Source: an uncultured Gammaproteobacteria bacterium (lineage in GTDB: Bacteria > Patescibacteriota > Microgenomatia > UBA8517). From it: 64,000 nt of DNA. The translations under genes and the position numbers were made by a program. The stretch is taken from assembly GCA_964599625.1 (NCBI GenBank), contig CAZRGC010000003.1:97759-161758 (forward strand). Reading direction: 5' to 3'. This document shows, piece by piece, positions 7,650 to 17,826 of the stretch. The notes beneath the pieces were generated by a model that made no database searches, was not told the DNA's origin, and was given only the letters and a program-made list of their open reading frames with translations. Numbering within the stretch: the first letter of the stretch is position 1; every line of letters starts with the position of its first letter.

Positions 7650-9377
7650 ATGAAAACATCTTCGCAAAGCAAAAACATGAATGAAAAAAATATAAAAACC
7701 AATCCCTCGATAATGACAACAAAAGTTACAGGTGGAATGAAATTTATAGCACTTTCGGGAACAACAGGTGTTACAGAGAATCTTTATGTATATGAATACG
7801 GTAACGACATGGTTGTTGTTGACTGTGGTGTCGGGTTTCCCGAATCTGAAATGTTTGGGGTGGACCTGGTTATACCTGATTTTTCTTATATAAAACAAAA
7901 CGCCCACAAATTAAGAGGTGTTCTTATTTCTCATGGACACGAAGACCACATTGGAGGTTTACCTTTCCTGCTAAAGGAAGTAAAAACCACAGTGTATGCC
8001 AGTAAACTTGTTGCCGGTTTTATTCAGGAGAAACTTGATGATGCAGAGGTCCAGGGGAATATTAAAGTCTTTGACCCCGAACGTGATGTTTTGACACTTG
8101 GAGTTTTTAAAGTTACACCTTTCAGAGTTGCCCACTCGGTTCCCGATGGGGTTGGTTTTTGTATCGACACACCCGAAGGAAAAATGTTCCATGTGCCGGA
8201 TTACAAATTTGATTGGACACCTGTAGATGGTAGGCCGTTTGACGTCGCAAAACTTTCTGTTCTGGCATCTGGTGGTGCATTGGCCTTGGCATCGGATTCT
8301 CTGGGGTCTACTTCACCTGGATACACTGAAAGCGAGAGAGAGATAGAAGGCAGAATTGAACCTATTGTGCGGGACGCCAAAGGTAAGGTGTACCTGACCA
8401 CTATCTCGTCAAATATAAGTCGTATGCAGCAAACTCTTAATGTCGCAGCAAAAACAGGAAGAAAAGTATGTTTCATTGGCAGATCTATCGTCAGAAAGTC
8501 CGAAATAGCCAGAGATCTGGGTTTTATGTCGCAGGGGAACGGAATAATTGTTCAACCCAAACAAGCCGCCAAACTTCCACCCAATAAAGTTCTTTATATT
8601 ATTTCAGGTAGTTACGGTCAACCCGGAAGTGCACTATACAGGCTTTGTCTGGGCGACCACGACTTCTTGTCTATTGGCAGTAATGACGTGGTTATATTTT
8701 CGGCAGATCCTGCTCCTCCAGGCAGTAAGGCAAATGTTGATTTTTTGGTAGACAAATTAATCGAGTCTGATGTGGATGTGCATTATTACGACATGCAGGA
8801 AGATCTTCATGTTTCGGGACATGGATGTATCAAAGACATCGAAATGCTTTTTGCTTTAGTTAGACCAAAGTATTTTATACCAATTGGTGGAACAGTAAGA
8901 CACAATAGAGCATATGGACTTATTGCTCAAAGTATGGGTGCCGAAGAAAAAGAAATCCTTGCACTTTTGCCTGGCGACATTGTTGAGTTTAATTCTGGAA
9001 TAGCCAGAAGGTCCGGAAAAATTCAGGTTAAAGAGGTGCTGGTTGACGGATTAGGCATTGGAGATGTTGGCAATTCGGTATTAAGGGATAGACACATCCT
9101 TTCTAAAGAGGGAGTTGTTATTGCAATGTGCCAATTTGATCGCAACAACGGTGTTCTTTCCGCACTCCCCGAAATGATAAGCCGAGGTTTTGTTTTTGAA
9201 CAAAAATATGGCCGGCTTTTGGATGAAGCGTCACGGGACCTTGCAAAGGTCCTGGATAGAAAAAAGAATGTTAACGCGCTTTTTATACGAAACACTACGA
9301 TTGATTTTCTCGAAAAATATTTCTTCCAAAAAACAGGCAGGCGCCCAATGATACTTCCGTTGGTTGTGGAGACTTGA
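7650..9377 (+). CDS. rnj: ribonuclease J (metallo-beta-lactamase/beta-CASP)
   Basis: It carries HGHEDHIGG, the beta-CASP region and a C-terminal domain. The N-terminal ~25 aa are a probable overcall, and the start is more likely M7713 or M7738. Confidence 0.85.
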   Translation: MKTSSQSKNMNEKNIKTNPSIMTTKVTGGMKFIALSGTTGVTENLYVYEYGNDMVVVDCGVGFPESEMFGVDLVIPDFSYIKQNAHKLRGVLISHGHEDHIGGLPFLLKEVKTTVYASKLVAGFIQEKLDDAEVQGNIKVFDPERDVLTLGVFKVTPFRVAHSVPDGVGFCIDTPEGKMFHVPDYKFDWTPVDGRPFDVAKLSVLASGGALALASDSLGSTSPGYTESEREIEGRIEPIVRDAKGKVYLTTISSNISRMQQTLNVAAKTGRKVCFIGRSIVRKSEIARDLGFMSQGNGIIVQPKQAAKLPPNKVLYIISGSYGQPGSALYRLCLGDHDFLSIGSNDVVIFSADPAPPGSKANVDFLVDKLIESDVDVHYYDMQEDLHVSGHGCIKDIEMLFALVRPKYFIPIGGTVRHNRAYGLIAQSMGAEEKEILALLPGDIVEFNSGIARRSGKIQVKEVLVDGLGIGDVGNSVLRDRHILSKEGVVIAMCQFDRNNGVLSALPEMISRGFVFEQKYGRLLDEASRDLAKVLDRKKNVNALFIRNTTIDFLEKYFFQKTGRRPMILPLVVET

Positions 9378-9456
9378 CGTTAATGTTGCAGGCTTGAAGC
9401 TTCCAAGATCTTTTTGTAAAGTATACAATGCATTTGCGTAGTGAAATCAAAATAAA

Positions 9457-11592
9457 ATGAAGCAAAGAAAAAGAATAACAAAACGGGGTTTCAAATTAAA
9501 ACTTAAGAAGGAAACTACTTTTTCTATTGCTCAGATTTTTTTCTTTATTTTTTCTGCTCTTATTTTGGTCTCTTTTTCAAAACAGGGCGCAATTCTTCGG
9601 GGTTTTAATGACTTTTTAACAAATTATTTTGGATGGTCTGCTGTGTTTTTGCCATTTATAACCCTGTCGTTTGCGTTTCTGGTGTCCAAAATTAAATTTC
9701 CTTTGGGTCAACCCAATGTTGTTGTCGGCGGACTTCTTTTTTTTGTTTCTGTGATGGCTTTGGGTAAGGCGGGGGCTTTGGGAGTGGGCTCCTGGGAGAT
9801 GATTGCCAGTTTGATATCTGGGTTTGGGGCTGGATTGGTTTTTTTCTGCTCGGCCTTTATTGGGTTAATAGTTCTTTTTAACACTTCAGTAGATGTTGTT
9901 TTTAAATATTTACAGGGACTTTTCAAGACAGCAAAAGGATATGTAAAAAGCGATACACAATTTAAAGTTAGCGGTTCCGGCATTAGTAAACCCTTAAGCA
10001 CGGGTCCTTTGAAAGTTGTTGGTGGTGGCGCTTCCCCAGCCATTAATTCGAATACTACGGTTACTCCTACAAAAACTACTGTACCCGCAGCCGTTCCTCA
10101 TGCTGCGCTTGAACAAAAGTTGGTGAGCAATGTTCCAGGCGAAGAGATGATTTGGAAATATCCGTCGGTAAATCTTCTTAGTGAAACGGACAATGGTAAA
10201 GCAGAGCGAGGAGATATCAAAGGCAACGCTGATACTATCGAGAAAACCCTGGACTCTTTTGGAATATCTGCGCGTGTTGTGGAAGTAAACCTTGGCCCTG
10301 CTGTCACACAGTATGCCCTAGAGGTGGCACTTGGAACCAAGCTTTCCAAAATAACCTCACTCGAACGTGATTTGGCATTGGCACTTTCCGCACCAACAGG
10401 AACTATAAGAATAGAGGCTCCAATTCCTGGGCGTAATTTAGTGGGAATTGAGCTTCCAAACCGATCTGCCGAGTTTGTGAGTCTAAGAAAAATGATGTCT
10501 TCTGATGAAATGCTGGGTCATAAATCTAAGCTCGCGGTTGCATTGGGTTTTGATGTTTCGGGTAAGCCTATTGTTGCAGATGTTGCCAGAATGCCCCATG
10601 TGCTTATTGCAGGACAAACAGGATCCGGAAAGTCTGTTTGTATAAACACTTTCCTTGCATCAATTCTTTTCAGAGCAGCACCAACCGAAGTAAAAATGAT
10701 ATTGGTTGACCCTAAGCGAGTAGAAATGACTGGTTACAATGGAATTCCCCATTTGTTGACCCCTGTTATAGTTGAGCCGGATAAAGTCATAAACGCTCTT
10801 AATTGGGTAATGGGGGAAATGGATAGAAGATACAAACAATTTGCCGAAGCAGGCGCCAGAAACATTGAGGCTTATAACGAGATGTCCGGTTTTCAAGCCC
10901 TGCCTTATATAGTTGTAGTTATCGACGAACTTGCTGATATTATGCTTTTTTCACCTGTTCAAGTTGAGGACGCCATTACCAGGATTGCACAAATGAGCCG
11001 TGCAACCGGGATACACATGGTCCTGGCAACTCAAAGGCCGTCTGTGGATGTCATTACCGGACTCATTAAAGCAAATGTACCAAGCAGGATTGCATTTGCC
11101 GTGTCGTCCCAAATTGACTCTCGTGTTATTTTGGATACACAAGGAGCAGAAAAGCTTTTGGGTAAAGGTGATATGCTTTATCTACCTCCGGAACAAGCTA
11201 AGCCGTTGAGAATTCAAGGGGCTTTCGTGAATGACAAAGAAATAAACGCTTTGGTATCGTTTATTAAAAATCAGGGAATTGAGCCGCACTACACCGAAGG
11301 TGTCACAACAAGTGTTAAGCCGGGCACTGTTGTAGTTCCGGGAGTTGAAGGAGGGGTTGATGATATGTTCAAAGAAGCGGTAAGGGTGGTGTGTCAATTT
11401 GATCGAGCAAGCGCGTCACTTTTGCAAAGAAAACTTTCAATTGGTTATTCAAGGGCAGCAAGAGTTATAGATCAGTTGGAAGCTGCGGGGGTGGTGGGCC
11501 CCTCTGATGGAACAAGTAAACCCAGAGAAGTATTGGTGCAAAATGCGGAAGAATTCCTTGCCTCATTCGGTGCTCAGCCAGCCCAAGGTTAG
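9457..11592 (+). CDS. ftsK: DNA translocase FtsK/SpoIIIE
   Basis: It has N-terminal TM helices, Walker A AGQTGSGKS, Walker B VVVIDELAD, ATQRPS, and a C-terminal gamma winged helix (LLQRKLSIGYSRAARVIDQLE). Confidence 0.9.
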   Translation: MKQRKRITKRGFKLKLKKETTFSIAQIFFFIFSALILVSFSKQGAILRGFNDFLTNYFGWSAVFLPFITLSFAFLVSKIKFPLGQPNVVVGGLLFFVSVMALGKAGALGVGSWEMIASLISGFGAGLVFFCSAFIGLIVLFNTSVDVVFKYLQGLFKTAKGYVKSDTQFKVSGSGISKPLSTGPLKVVGGGASPAINSNTTVTPTKTTVPAAVPHAALEQKLVSNVPGEEMIWKYPSVNLLSETDNGKAERGDIKGNADTIEKTLDSFGISARVVEVNLGPAVTQYALEVALGTKLSKITSLERDLALALSAPTGTIRIEAPIPGRNLVGIELPNRSAEFVSLRKMMSSDEMLGHKSKLAVALGFDVSGKPIVADVARMPHVLIAGQTGSGKSVCINTFLASILFRAAPTEVKMILVDPKRVEMTGYNGIPHLLTPVIVEPDKVINALNWVMGEMDRRYKQFAEAGARNIEAYNEMSGFQALPYIVVVIDELADIMLFSPVQVEDAITRIAQMSRATGIHMVLATQRPSVDVITGLIKANVPSRIAFAVSSQIDSRVILDTQGAEKLLGKGDMLYLPPEQAKPLRIQGAFVNDKEINALVSFIKNQGIEPHYTEGVTTSVKPGTVVVPGVEGGVDDMFKEAVRVVCQFDRASASLLQRKLSIGYSRAARVIDQLEAAGVVGPSDGTSKPREVLVQNAEEFLASFGAQPAQG

Positions 11593-11673
11593 TGTAATAA
11601 TATAAAATTCCGTTAGGAGATGTTAGGCGATTCGAAGAATCTCCAAAGATGAATTTTATATAAAACAAATTTT

Positions 11674-12303
11674 ATGAAAACAATTGGACAGATACTCAAA
11701 AATGCCCGTGTTGAAAAAAAACTTTCAATTGCTGATCTGGAAGACACCACAAAGATCAAGGAATCTTTTCTAAGATCGATCGAAAATGAAAACTGGTCGT
11801 CACTTCCCGCATTCCCAGTGGTACTGGGTTTTGTAAAGAGCATATCAGGTGTGTTGCATTTAAACGAAAACACAACGGTGGCAATTCTTAAAAGGGACTA
11901 CCCACCCAAGAAACTGACAATAAATCCAAGTCCGGATATTTCTGATAAAAAAATGGTGTGGGGTCCAAAGACGACTTTTTTTGCCGGTGTTTTTTTTGTG
12001 GTTCTTTTTGTTGTTGGGTATTTGGGTTACCAATACTACAAATTTGTTTCTCCACCAATGATAAGACTGGAAAGTCCCAAGGAGAATCAAATGATTTCAG
12101 GGAGTTCTGTTCTCGTGTTTGGTTCAACAGATACAGACGCCAAAATAACTGTAAACAACCAACCTGTTTTGGTTGATGACGGGGGTAAGTTCAAAGTAGA
12201 TCTTGGAGTGAGCAAAGCGACTCAGGAAGTTGTTGTGAAGGCCACGTCCCGTACTGGCAAAGAGAGTGTAGTTTCGCGTAAAATAAACGTAAGTCAAAAC
12301 TGA
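11674..12303 (+). CDS. RodZ-like HTH (XRE) membrane protein
   Basis: The N-terminal HTH (IGQILKNARVEKKLSIADLEDTTKIKESFLRSIENENWSSLP…FVKSI) matches the RodZ signature. A single TM helix and a periplasmic C-domain follow. Confidence 0.55.
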   Translation: MKTIGQILKNARVEKKLSIADLEDTTKIKESFLRSIENENWSSLPAFPVVLGFVKSISGVLHLNENTTVAILKRDYPPKKLTINPSPDISDKKMVWGPKTTFFAGVFFVVLFVVGYLGYQYYKFVSPPMIRLESPKENQMISGSSVLVFGSTDTDAKITVNNQPVLVDDGGKFKVDLGVSKATQEVVVKATSRTGKESVVSRKINVSQN

Positions 12304-12306
12304 TAT

Positions 12307-12540
12307 ATGGACTCTGTTCAAACACTTTTAGTGATCGTAGTGATAAGCCTGACGTTGCTTTTGATGGTTGTGGGTGTTCAAGTGATGCTTATAATTTTTG
12401 ATCTTAGAAAGGCAATCAAAAGACTCAATAGTATTTTGGAAGACTCAATTTTGGGTGGAGGACTTATACGACCCGAAAAGCTGACTTCAGTTATGGAGAT
12501 CCTCAGGAAAAACAAGAAAATTGAGACTCACGGAGGATAG
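12307..12540 (+). CDS. small membrane protein, hypothetical
   Basis: A 77-aa ORF with one strongly hydrophobic helix. Confidence 0.3.
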   Translation: MDSVQTLLVIVVISLTLLLMVVGVQVMLIIFDLRKAIKRLNSILEDSILGGGLIRPEKLTSVMEILRKNKKIETHGG

Positions 12541-12582
12541 GAGTATAATCTATAGGATAGTTTTCGTTTAGAGGAGTGAACC

Positions 12583-12936
12583 TTGAACATAAGATTACCC
12601 TACTGGATTACAGGGATTGCCTGGATCCTTATATTTATCTACCTGGGATACAACAACATCAACTACCTTTCCGGGCGCCCTAACACATATTTTGGCGGTG
12701 TCGAGGCCATGATTCTCGTCATGGGTGGTGTTGGTCTTGTTTTTTCGGTCTTTCAATTTAAGTATGGGCTTTTGGGAGTTGGCATCCTGATGCTGGTGTT
12801 CGCTGTATGTGGCGGGCTTGCGACAATTATCACATCGGTGAACCTGGAATACATGGTGCAGTATTTGAAAGGTTTGTCCTTTCTGGCTCACACCTCCCTT
12901 CCCAATTTTGTGGTTCTTTTTGACAAAGAAAGTTAA
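12583..12936 (+). CDS. membrane protein, hypothetical
   Basis: 117 aa with about three predicted TM helices. A clear terminator follows. Confidence 0.35.
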   Translation: MNIRLPYWITGIAWILIFIYLGYNNINYLSGRPNTYFGGVEAMILVMGGVGLVFSVFQFKYGLLGVGILMLVFAVCGGLATIITSVNLEYMVQYLKGLSFLAHTSLPNFVVLFDKES

Positions 12937-12941
12937 GGCCT

Positions 12942-12979
12942 AACCGCGACGACAAAAAACCGTCGCGGTTATTTTTTTT
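12942..12979 (+). terminator. rho-independent terminator
   Basis: The stem aaccgcgacg/cgtcgcggtt is followed by an 8-T run. Confidence 0.8.
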
Positions 12980-12985
12980 GACCAA

Positions 12986-14815
12986 ATGCGATATACTTTA
13001 CGCATGACGACGAAGGAAATAAGAGAAAAATATTTAGAATTTTATAAAAAACAAAACCATAAGATTATTGCTCCATCTCCGTTGGTTTTGGAAAACGACC
13101 CAACAACGCTGTTTACTTCGTCCGGAATGCAACAAATGATCCCCTACTTAAAAGGTGAGACGCATCCTCTGGGAAAAAGACTTGTTGATTCGCAGCCGTC
13201 ACTCAGGCTGCAAGATTTGGAAGAAGTTGGAGATAATCGTCATACGACTTTTTTTGAAATGCTTGGTAATTGGAGTTTGGGTGATTACTTTAAAGACGAA
13301 CAACTCAATTGGATCTGGCAGTTTTTTACAAAGGAGCTTGGGCTTAATCCCGACAGACTTTACGTGTCATGTTTTGCCGGAAACGAGAGTGTTGCAAAAG
13401 ATGAGGAATCATACGAAATTTGGAAAAAAATTGGTGTTCCCGAAAATCACATTCATTTTTATGATGCCAAAAAAAACTGGTGGAGCAGAGCAGGTGGGCC
13501 CGACCAAATGCCTGCTGGTGAAGTGGGTGGACCAGATAGTGAAGTCTTTTTTGAATTTGAGAATGTGTCCCACAACCCAGAATTTGGCAAATTTTGTCAT
13601 CCGAACTGCGACTGTGGAAAATTCATGGAGATTGCCAACTCAGTTTTTATGCAGTTTAAAAAAGAGAGTAGCGGGAGTTTGAGCGAGCTGCCTCAGAAGA
13701 ATGTCGACTTTGGGGGAGGTCTCGAAAGAATCTCGGCTGCTTTAAACAATGATCCTGATATTTTTAAAATAGACATTTTTGACTCAATTGTTAAGAAGAT
13801 TGAAAAAGAAGTTGGTGCAGAGTACGGAACTGACGAAAAGAAGACAAAGAGTTTCAGGGTTATAGCGGATCATCTTCGTGCTTCCTGCAATCTTCTTTCG
13901 GAGGGCGTCATTCCTTCCAACAAGCTCCAAGGTTATGTGCTTAGGCGTTTGGTTAGACGGGCGATGTTTCACTTTCACTTGTTGGGAAGCGGAATTTCTG
14001 GGAGTGCAGTCTCATCCATCGCTGAAAGCCTTAGAAATGAGTATCCAATTATCGATAAAAACTGGCAAGTTGTATCAGAAAACTTGACTATAGAGGCAAC
14101 AAAGTTTGAATCTGCTCTCAAACGGGGTCTTGCCAAATTGACTAAGGGGGTTTCCGGTGGCAAAAACATTGACGGTAAGTTTGCATTTGACTTGTATCAA
14201 ACAGAGGGTTTTCCTCTTGAGCTTACGCTTGAGATTTTGACTCAAAACGGAATGCAGTTTAGTGACAACGAGAAGAATAATTTTGCATCGGAATTTGAAA
14301 AACATAAAGAAAACTCAAGAACAACAAGTGCCGGAATGTTTAAAGGTGGTTTGGAAAGTAAGAGCGATGAGACAATCACCAAGTTGCATACTGCGACACA
14401 TCTTTTGCATGCATCGCTGAGAAAGGTATTGGGAGAACATGTTTCCCAAAAAGGAAGCCATATTACGAAAGAAAGATTGAGATTTGATTTTTCTCACCAA
14501 TCTAAACTTACTCAAGAACAGATAAAAGAAATTGAAAATCTTATAAACGAACAAATTAAAAAAGATTTACCTGTGTCTTTTGAGATGAAAACTCTTGATG
14601 AGGCGATTACAGAAGGCGCTTTGCATTTTTTTGCGGAGAGATATGGGAGTGAGGTTAAAGTCTATACGATTGGTGACCCTAAGGGTGATTATTTTTCTAA
14701 AGAAATATGTGGCGGTCCCCATGTTGCCCACACTGGCGAGGTTGGTAATATTAGTATAATAAAGCAAGAGAGCATTGGTTCAGGAACAATTAGGATTTAT
14801 GCGTCTATAACCTGA
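12986..14815 (+). CDS. alaS: alanine--tRNA ligase, short form lacking C-Ala domain
   Basis: FEMLGNWSLGDYFK marks the class II AlaRS core. The editing domain motifs HTATHLLH and CGGPHV are present. The protein ends after the editing domain at 609 aa. The start is possibly M13004. Confidence 0.85.
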   Translation: MRYTLRMTTKEIREKYLEFYKKQNHKIIAPSPLVLENDPTTLFTSSGMQQMIPYLKGETHPLGKRLVDSQPSLRLQDLEEVGDNRHTTFFEMLGNWSLGDYFKDEQLNWIWQFFTKELGLNPDRLYVSCFAGNESVAKDEESYEIWKKIGVPENHIHFYDAKKNWWSRAGGPDQMPAGEVGGPDSEVFFEFENVSHNPEFGKFCHPNCDCGKFMEIANSVFMQFKKESSGSLSELPQKNVDFGGGLERISAALNNDPDIFKIDIFDSIVKKIEKEVGAEYGTDEKKTKSFRVIADHLRASCNLLSEGVIPSNKLQGYVLRRLVRRAMFHFHLLGSGISGSAVSSIAESLRNEYPIIDKNWQVVSENLTIEATKFESALKRGLAKLTKGVSGGKNIDGKFAFDLYQTEGFPLELTLEILTQNGMQFSDNEKNNFASEFEKHKENSRTTSAGMFKGGLESKSDETITKLHTATHLLHASLRKVLGEHVSQKGSHITKERLRFDFSHQSKLTQEQIKEIENLINEQIKKDLPVSFEMKTLDEAITEGALHFFAERYGSEVKVYTIGDPKGDYFSKEICGGPHVAHTGEVGNISIIKQESIGSGTIRIYASIT

Positions 14816-14878
14816 TATTATATAGTCATATTAAAACAAGATATCAGTTTTGTTTTGCTATAAATAGCTGCCCAAAAG

Positions 14879-17107
14879 ATGAATTTAAAAGATTTTTTGT
14901 CCAACAAAGGAAAACCACCCGAACTCTATTGGTCGTTGGTATTGGAAGACGGTTGGGTTCAAGCCGGTATTTGGTATATAGATCAGTCTGTTGCGCAGGT
15001 TGTTGGAACAAGTCCCGCAGCAGCATGGGAAGTCAAAGAAGAATTGGTTGGAGCAACTGATTCAGCTTTGTCTTCGGCGATTCAAAGACTTCCGGAGGAT
15101 TACCCCGAACCCAACAAGACAGTGTTTGGCGTTCCTTCTTCATGGGTCAAAAACGGCGAGATCGACGAAGATCATTTGAGGTTGATTAAAAAAATTTGTT
15201 CAGAACTATCATTGATACCTGTGGGTTTTGTTGTGCTTCCTGAAGCAATTGCACATCTTTACAAGTCTGAAGAAGGGGCGCCTGTTAATGCGATAGTAAT
15301 GGGAATAGGGAGAGAGAATTTGGAAATTGCAGTGTTTTCTTTGGGTAATCTGTTGGGTACAACTCAGGTTGCCAGAAGTGTGTCTTTAATCGATGATGTT
15401 ACCGAGGGGCTATCCAGATTTGAAAGCTCTTCACCGCTCCCGTCTAGGTTTATTCTTTTTGACGGAAAAGGGGGAGAGTTGGAGGATGCTAAAGACCAAA
15501 TCCTAAAAAATCGTTGGGAAGAGAGTGAAAGAGTCAAATTTTTACACACACCAAAAGCTGAAATATTGCTCCCCGAAAGGAAAGTTTTGGCAACGTCTTT
15601 GGCGGGTGCAAACGAAATTGCAGATGTCTCAAAAGTTGAAACTCAAGACCAAAAAGAAGTTATCGAAGGTCCCTATACGGAGAACATCCCACCCGAAACA
15701 GCAAATGTCCAGGAAACAAACGAAGTTACACCTGAAGACCTTGGTTTTTCTTTGGATTCCGACGTGAGTTTGAACAAACAGGTTGAACCTGATGTTGTAA
15801 AAGCTTTTGAAAAACCGCCGGCTACTGAGCACGTGCAGCCCACGATTCACCGTCAATCTCCTGTTTTTGAACATAAGCCAAAAATTAACCTTAAAGAAAT
15901 GTTCAATAAAGTGAAAACAAAAGCATCGGCTTTGCTGAAAAGACTTTCGTTTTCGGCAAAAATCTCTTCTGCCAGACATGGAGTGATGAAGCCGGTGTAT
16001 CTGGTTGTTCTTGTGCTTGTTTTGGCAGGACTAGGGGCGCTTTGGTGGTTTGTACCCAAAGCGGAAGTAGTTGTATATGTTAGGCCTCAAATAGTTCAGG
16101 AAGAAACAGAAGTTGTATTTACAACTAGTGGCCAGGGTGACATAAATTCGGGGTTGGTTGCTGCCAAATCCGTGACCTCTAATGTTAGCGGCGAAAAGAC
16201 GAAGTCGGCAACTGGAAGCAAACTTGTCGGTGACAAAGCCAAGGGTACAGTACAAATTCAAAACGGCACAGCATTTCCAATCAATCTGACTGCCGGAACT
16301 TTTTTGGTGTCGTCGGGTAATTTAAAATTCGAACTTGATCAGGCAGCCTCAGTCTCTGCTGCGCTGTCCCCGACTTCGCCGGGAACGGCTAGCTTGTCTG
16401 TGACGGCGGGTTCGATAGGCGCGGAATACAATTTGGCAAAAAGTGAAGTATTCAAGGTAGGCAATTATCCCAAAGCCGAGGTTGATGCCACATCAATAAC
16501 CGACTTTGCAGGAGGAAGCTCCAGACAGATTTCAGCCGTAAGCAAAGTGGATATTGAAACATTGCAAACTTCACTTAAAGAGGAGCTAGTACAAAAAGCA
16601 AAGGAAGATTTATCGTCTAAGGTTTTAGACGGCCAAGTGTTGGTTTCTGATTTTGTTTCAAGCGATGTTGCATCCGAAACATTTGATCACAAACAGGGTG
16701 AAGAAGCCAACAACGTTAAGTTAAATATGGAGATTGCTGCCAATGCGCTTGTGGCCGACAAGAACAATTTATATGATTTTGCATCAAAAGTTCTGACTGA
16801 CAAAAAACCGGAGGGTTTTGTTTTAAGAAACGAACAAATAAAGTTCGAGTTTAGTTTTGTGGAACAAAAAGACGAGGGTTATGTTTACAAGGTAAAAATC
16901 AATGCAAATTTCCTACCTTCATTTTCTGAGAAGGACATAGTAGATAAAATTATTGGAAAGAACCGGGCAACCGCAAAAAATTATCTGTCGAGTATTCCTG
17001 GCTTCGTAAGGGTGGAACTGAAAATCAATCCGCCTTATCCGTTTATATTTAACAGCCTTCCAAGAGTTAGAAAAAACATTGATATTACAGTTGAGGCAGA
17101 CAGGTAG
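14879..17107 (+). CDS. membrane-anchored protein: N-terminal actin-like (FtsA/PilM-type ASKHA) domain, one TM helix, large extracytoplasmic domain
   Basis: Residues 1-250 show ASKHA-like topology (SLVLEDGWVQAGIW as phosphate-1; GVPSSW…LIPVGFVVLPEAIAHLY; AIVMGIGRENLEIAVFSLG) with degenerate ATP motifs. A TM helix is VYLVVLVLVLAGLGALWWFV. The remaining ~350 aa are Ser/Thr/Val-rich. Confidence 0.4.
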   Translation: MNLKDFLSNKGKPPELYWSLVLEDGWVQAGIWYIDQSVAQVVGTSPAAAWEVKEELVGATDSALSSAIQRLPEDYPEPNKTVFGVPSSWVKNGEIDEDHLRLIKKICSELSLIPVGFVVLPEAIAHLYKSEEGAPVNAIVMGIGRENLEIAVFSLGNLLGTTQVARSVSLIDDVTEGLSRFESSSPLPSRFILFDGKGGELEDAKDQILKNRWEESERVKFLHTPKAEILLPERKVLATSLAGANEIADVSKVETQDQKEVIEGPYTENIPPETANVQETNEVTPEDLGFSLDSDVSLNKQVEPDVVKAFEKPPATEHVQPTIHRQSPVFEHKPKINLKEMFNKVKTKASALLKRLSFSAKISSARHGVMKPVYLVVLVLVLAGLGALWWFVPKAEVVVYVRPQIVQEETEVVFTTSGQGDINSGLVAAKSVTSNVSGEKTKSATGSKLVGDKAKGTVQIQNGTAFPINLTAGTFLVSSGNLKFELDQAASVSAALSPTSPGTASLSVTAGSIGAEYNLAKSEVFKVGNYPKAEVDATSITDFAGGSSRQISAVSKVDIETLQTSLKEELVQKAKEDLSSKVLDGQVLVSDFVSSDVASETFDHKQGEEANNVKLNMEIAANALVADKNNLYDFASKVLTDKKPEGFVLRNEQIKFEFSFVEQKDEGYVYKVKINANFLPSFSEKDIVDKIIGKNRATAKNYLSSIPGFVRVELKINPPYPFIFNSLPRVRKNIDITVEADR

Positions 17108-17145
17108 CACTTAACTTCATCCAAATAATTGTTTATATTTGTGAG

Positions 17146-17826
17146 ATGGATCAACGTACAGTTCTTAGAATATCGGCAATAATCTCAGGTATATCAGGGG
17201 TAATAATACTGGTTGGAGTTTTTTATCCAATAATTTCATACAATTCATCAAAAACCATACCACTCGTTGCACCCGTAACCGAAGAAAATTCCGGTAACCC
17301 TGTTGTTGAAGGTTATCAAACCACACAAAGTTTGGACTACACCCAGGCCAGCAATTGGTTTCAGGGTGGTAATGTTACCAAGAGTGACTTTATTTCTTCG
17401 AAAATTGAATACTACACAATAACCATCCCCAAACTGAAAATTGACTCTGCAACTGTGGCAATTGGTGGAGAGGATTTAAGCAGCCACCTTATACAGTATC
17501 CCGGAACCGCCGTACCGGGAAAAAGGGGAAACTCAGCGATTTTTGGACATTCTATTTTGCCAATTTTTTACAACCCCAAAAATTATCTTGCAATATTTTC
17601 ACTTCTGCCAACCCTTAAGAAAGGTGACGAGATTTTCATCAACTACGACGGTATAGCCTACACTTATAAGGTTGAGTCCATGTTTGAAGTTCTTCCAACA
17701 GACATTCAAGTTCTTGACCAGGATTCCTCTGACTCATTTTTGACACTTGTCACATGCGTACCTCCGGGAGACCCAGGACAACCAAGGAGGCTTGTTGTTA
17801 GGGCAAGAGTTGTTCCGCCTACTTAA
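17146..17826 (+). CDS. sortase family transpeptidase
   Basis: It has an N-terminal TM anchor, a catalytic His context AIFGHS, the Cys motif TLVTC, and a conserved Arg (RLVVRAR). Confidence 0.8.
   Translation: MDQRTVLRISAIISGISGVIILVGVFYPIISYNSSKTIPLVAPVTEENSGNPVVEGYQTTQSLDYTQASNWFQGGNVTKSDFISSKIEYYTITIPKLKIDSATVAIGGEDLSSHLIQYPGTAVPGKRGNSAIFGHSILPIFYNPKNYLAIFSLLPTLKKGDEIFINYDGIAYTYKVESMFEVLPTDIQVLDQDSSDSFLTLVTCVPPGDPGQPRRLVVRARVVPPT

Noticed and set aside
13155-13682. 175-aa +ORF in an alternative frame inside alaS
   Set aside because: It is an overlapping out-of-frame ORF. The alaS frame carries the conserved class II and editing motifs.
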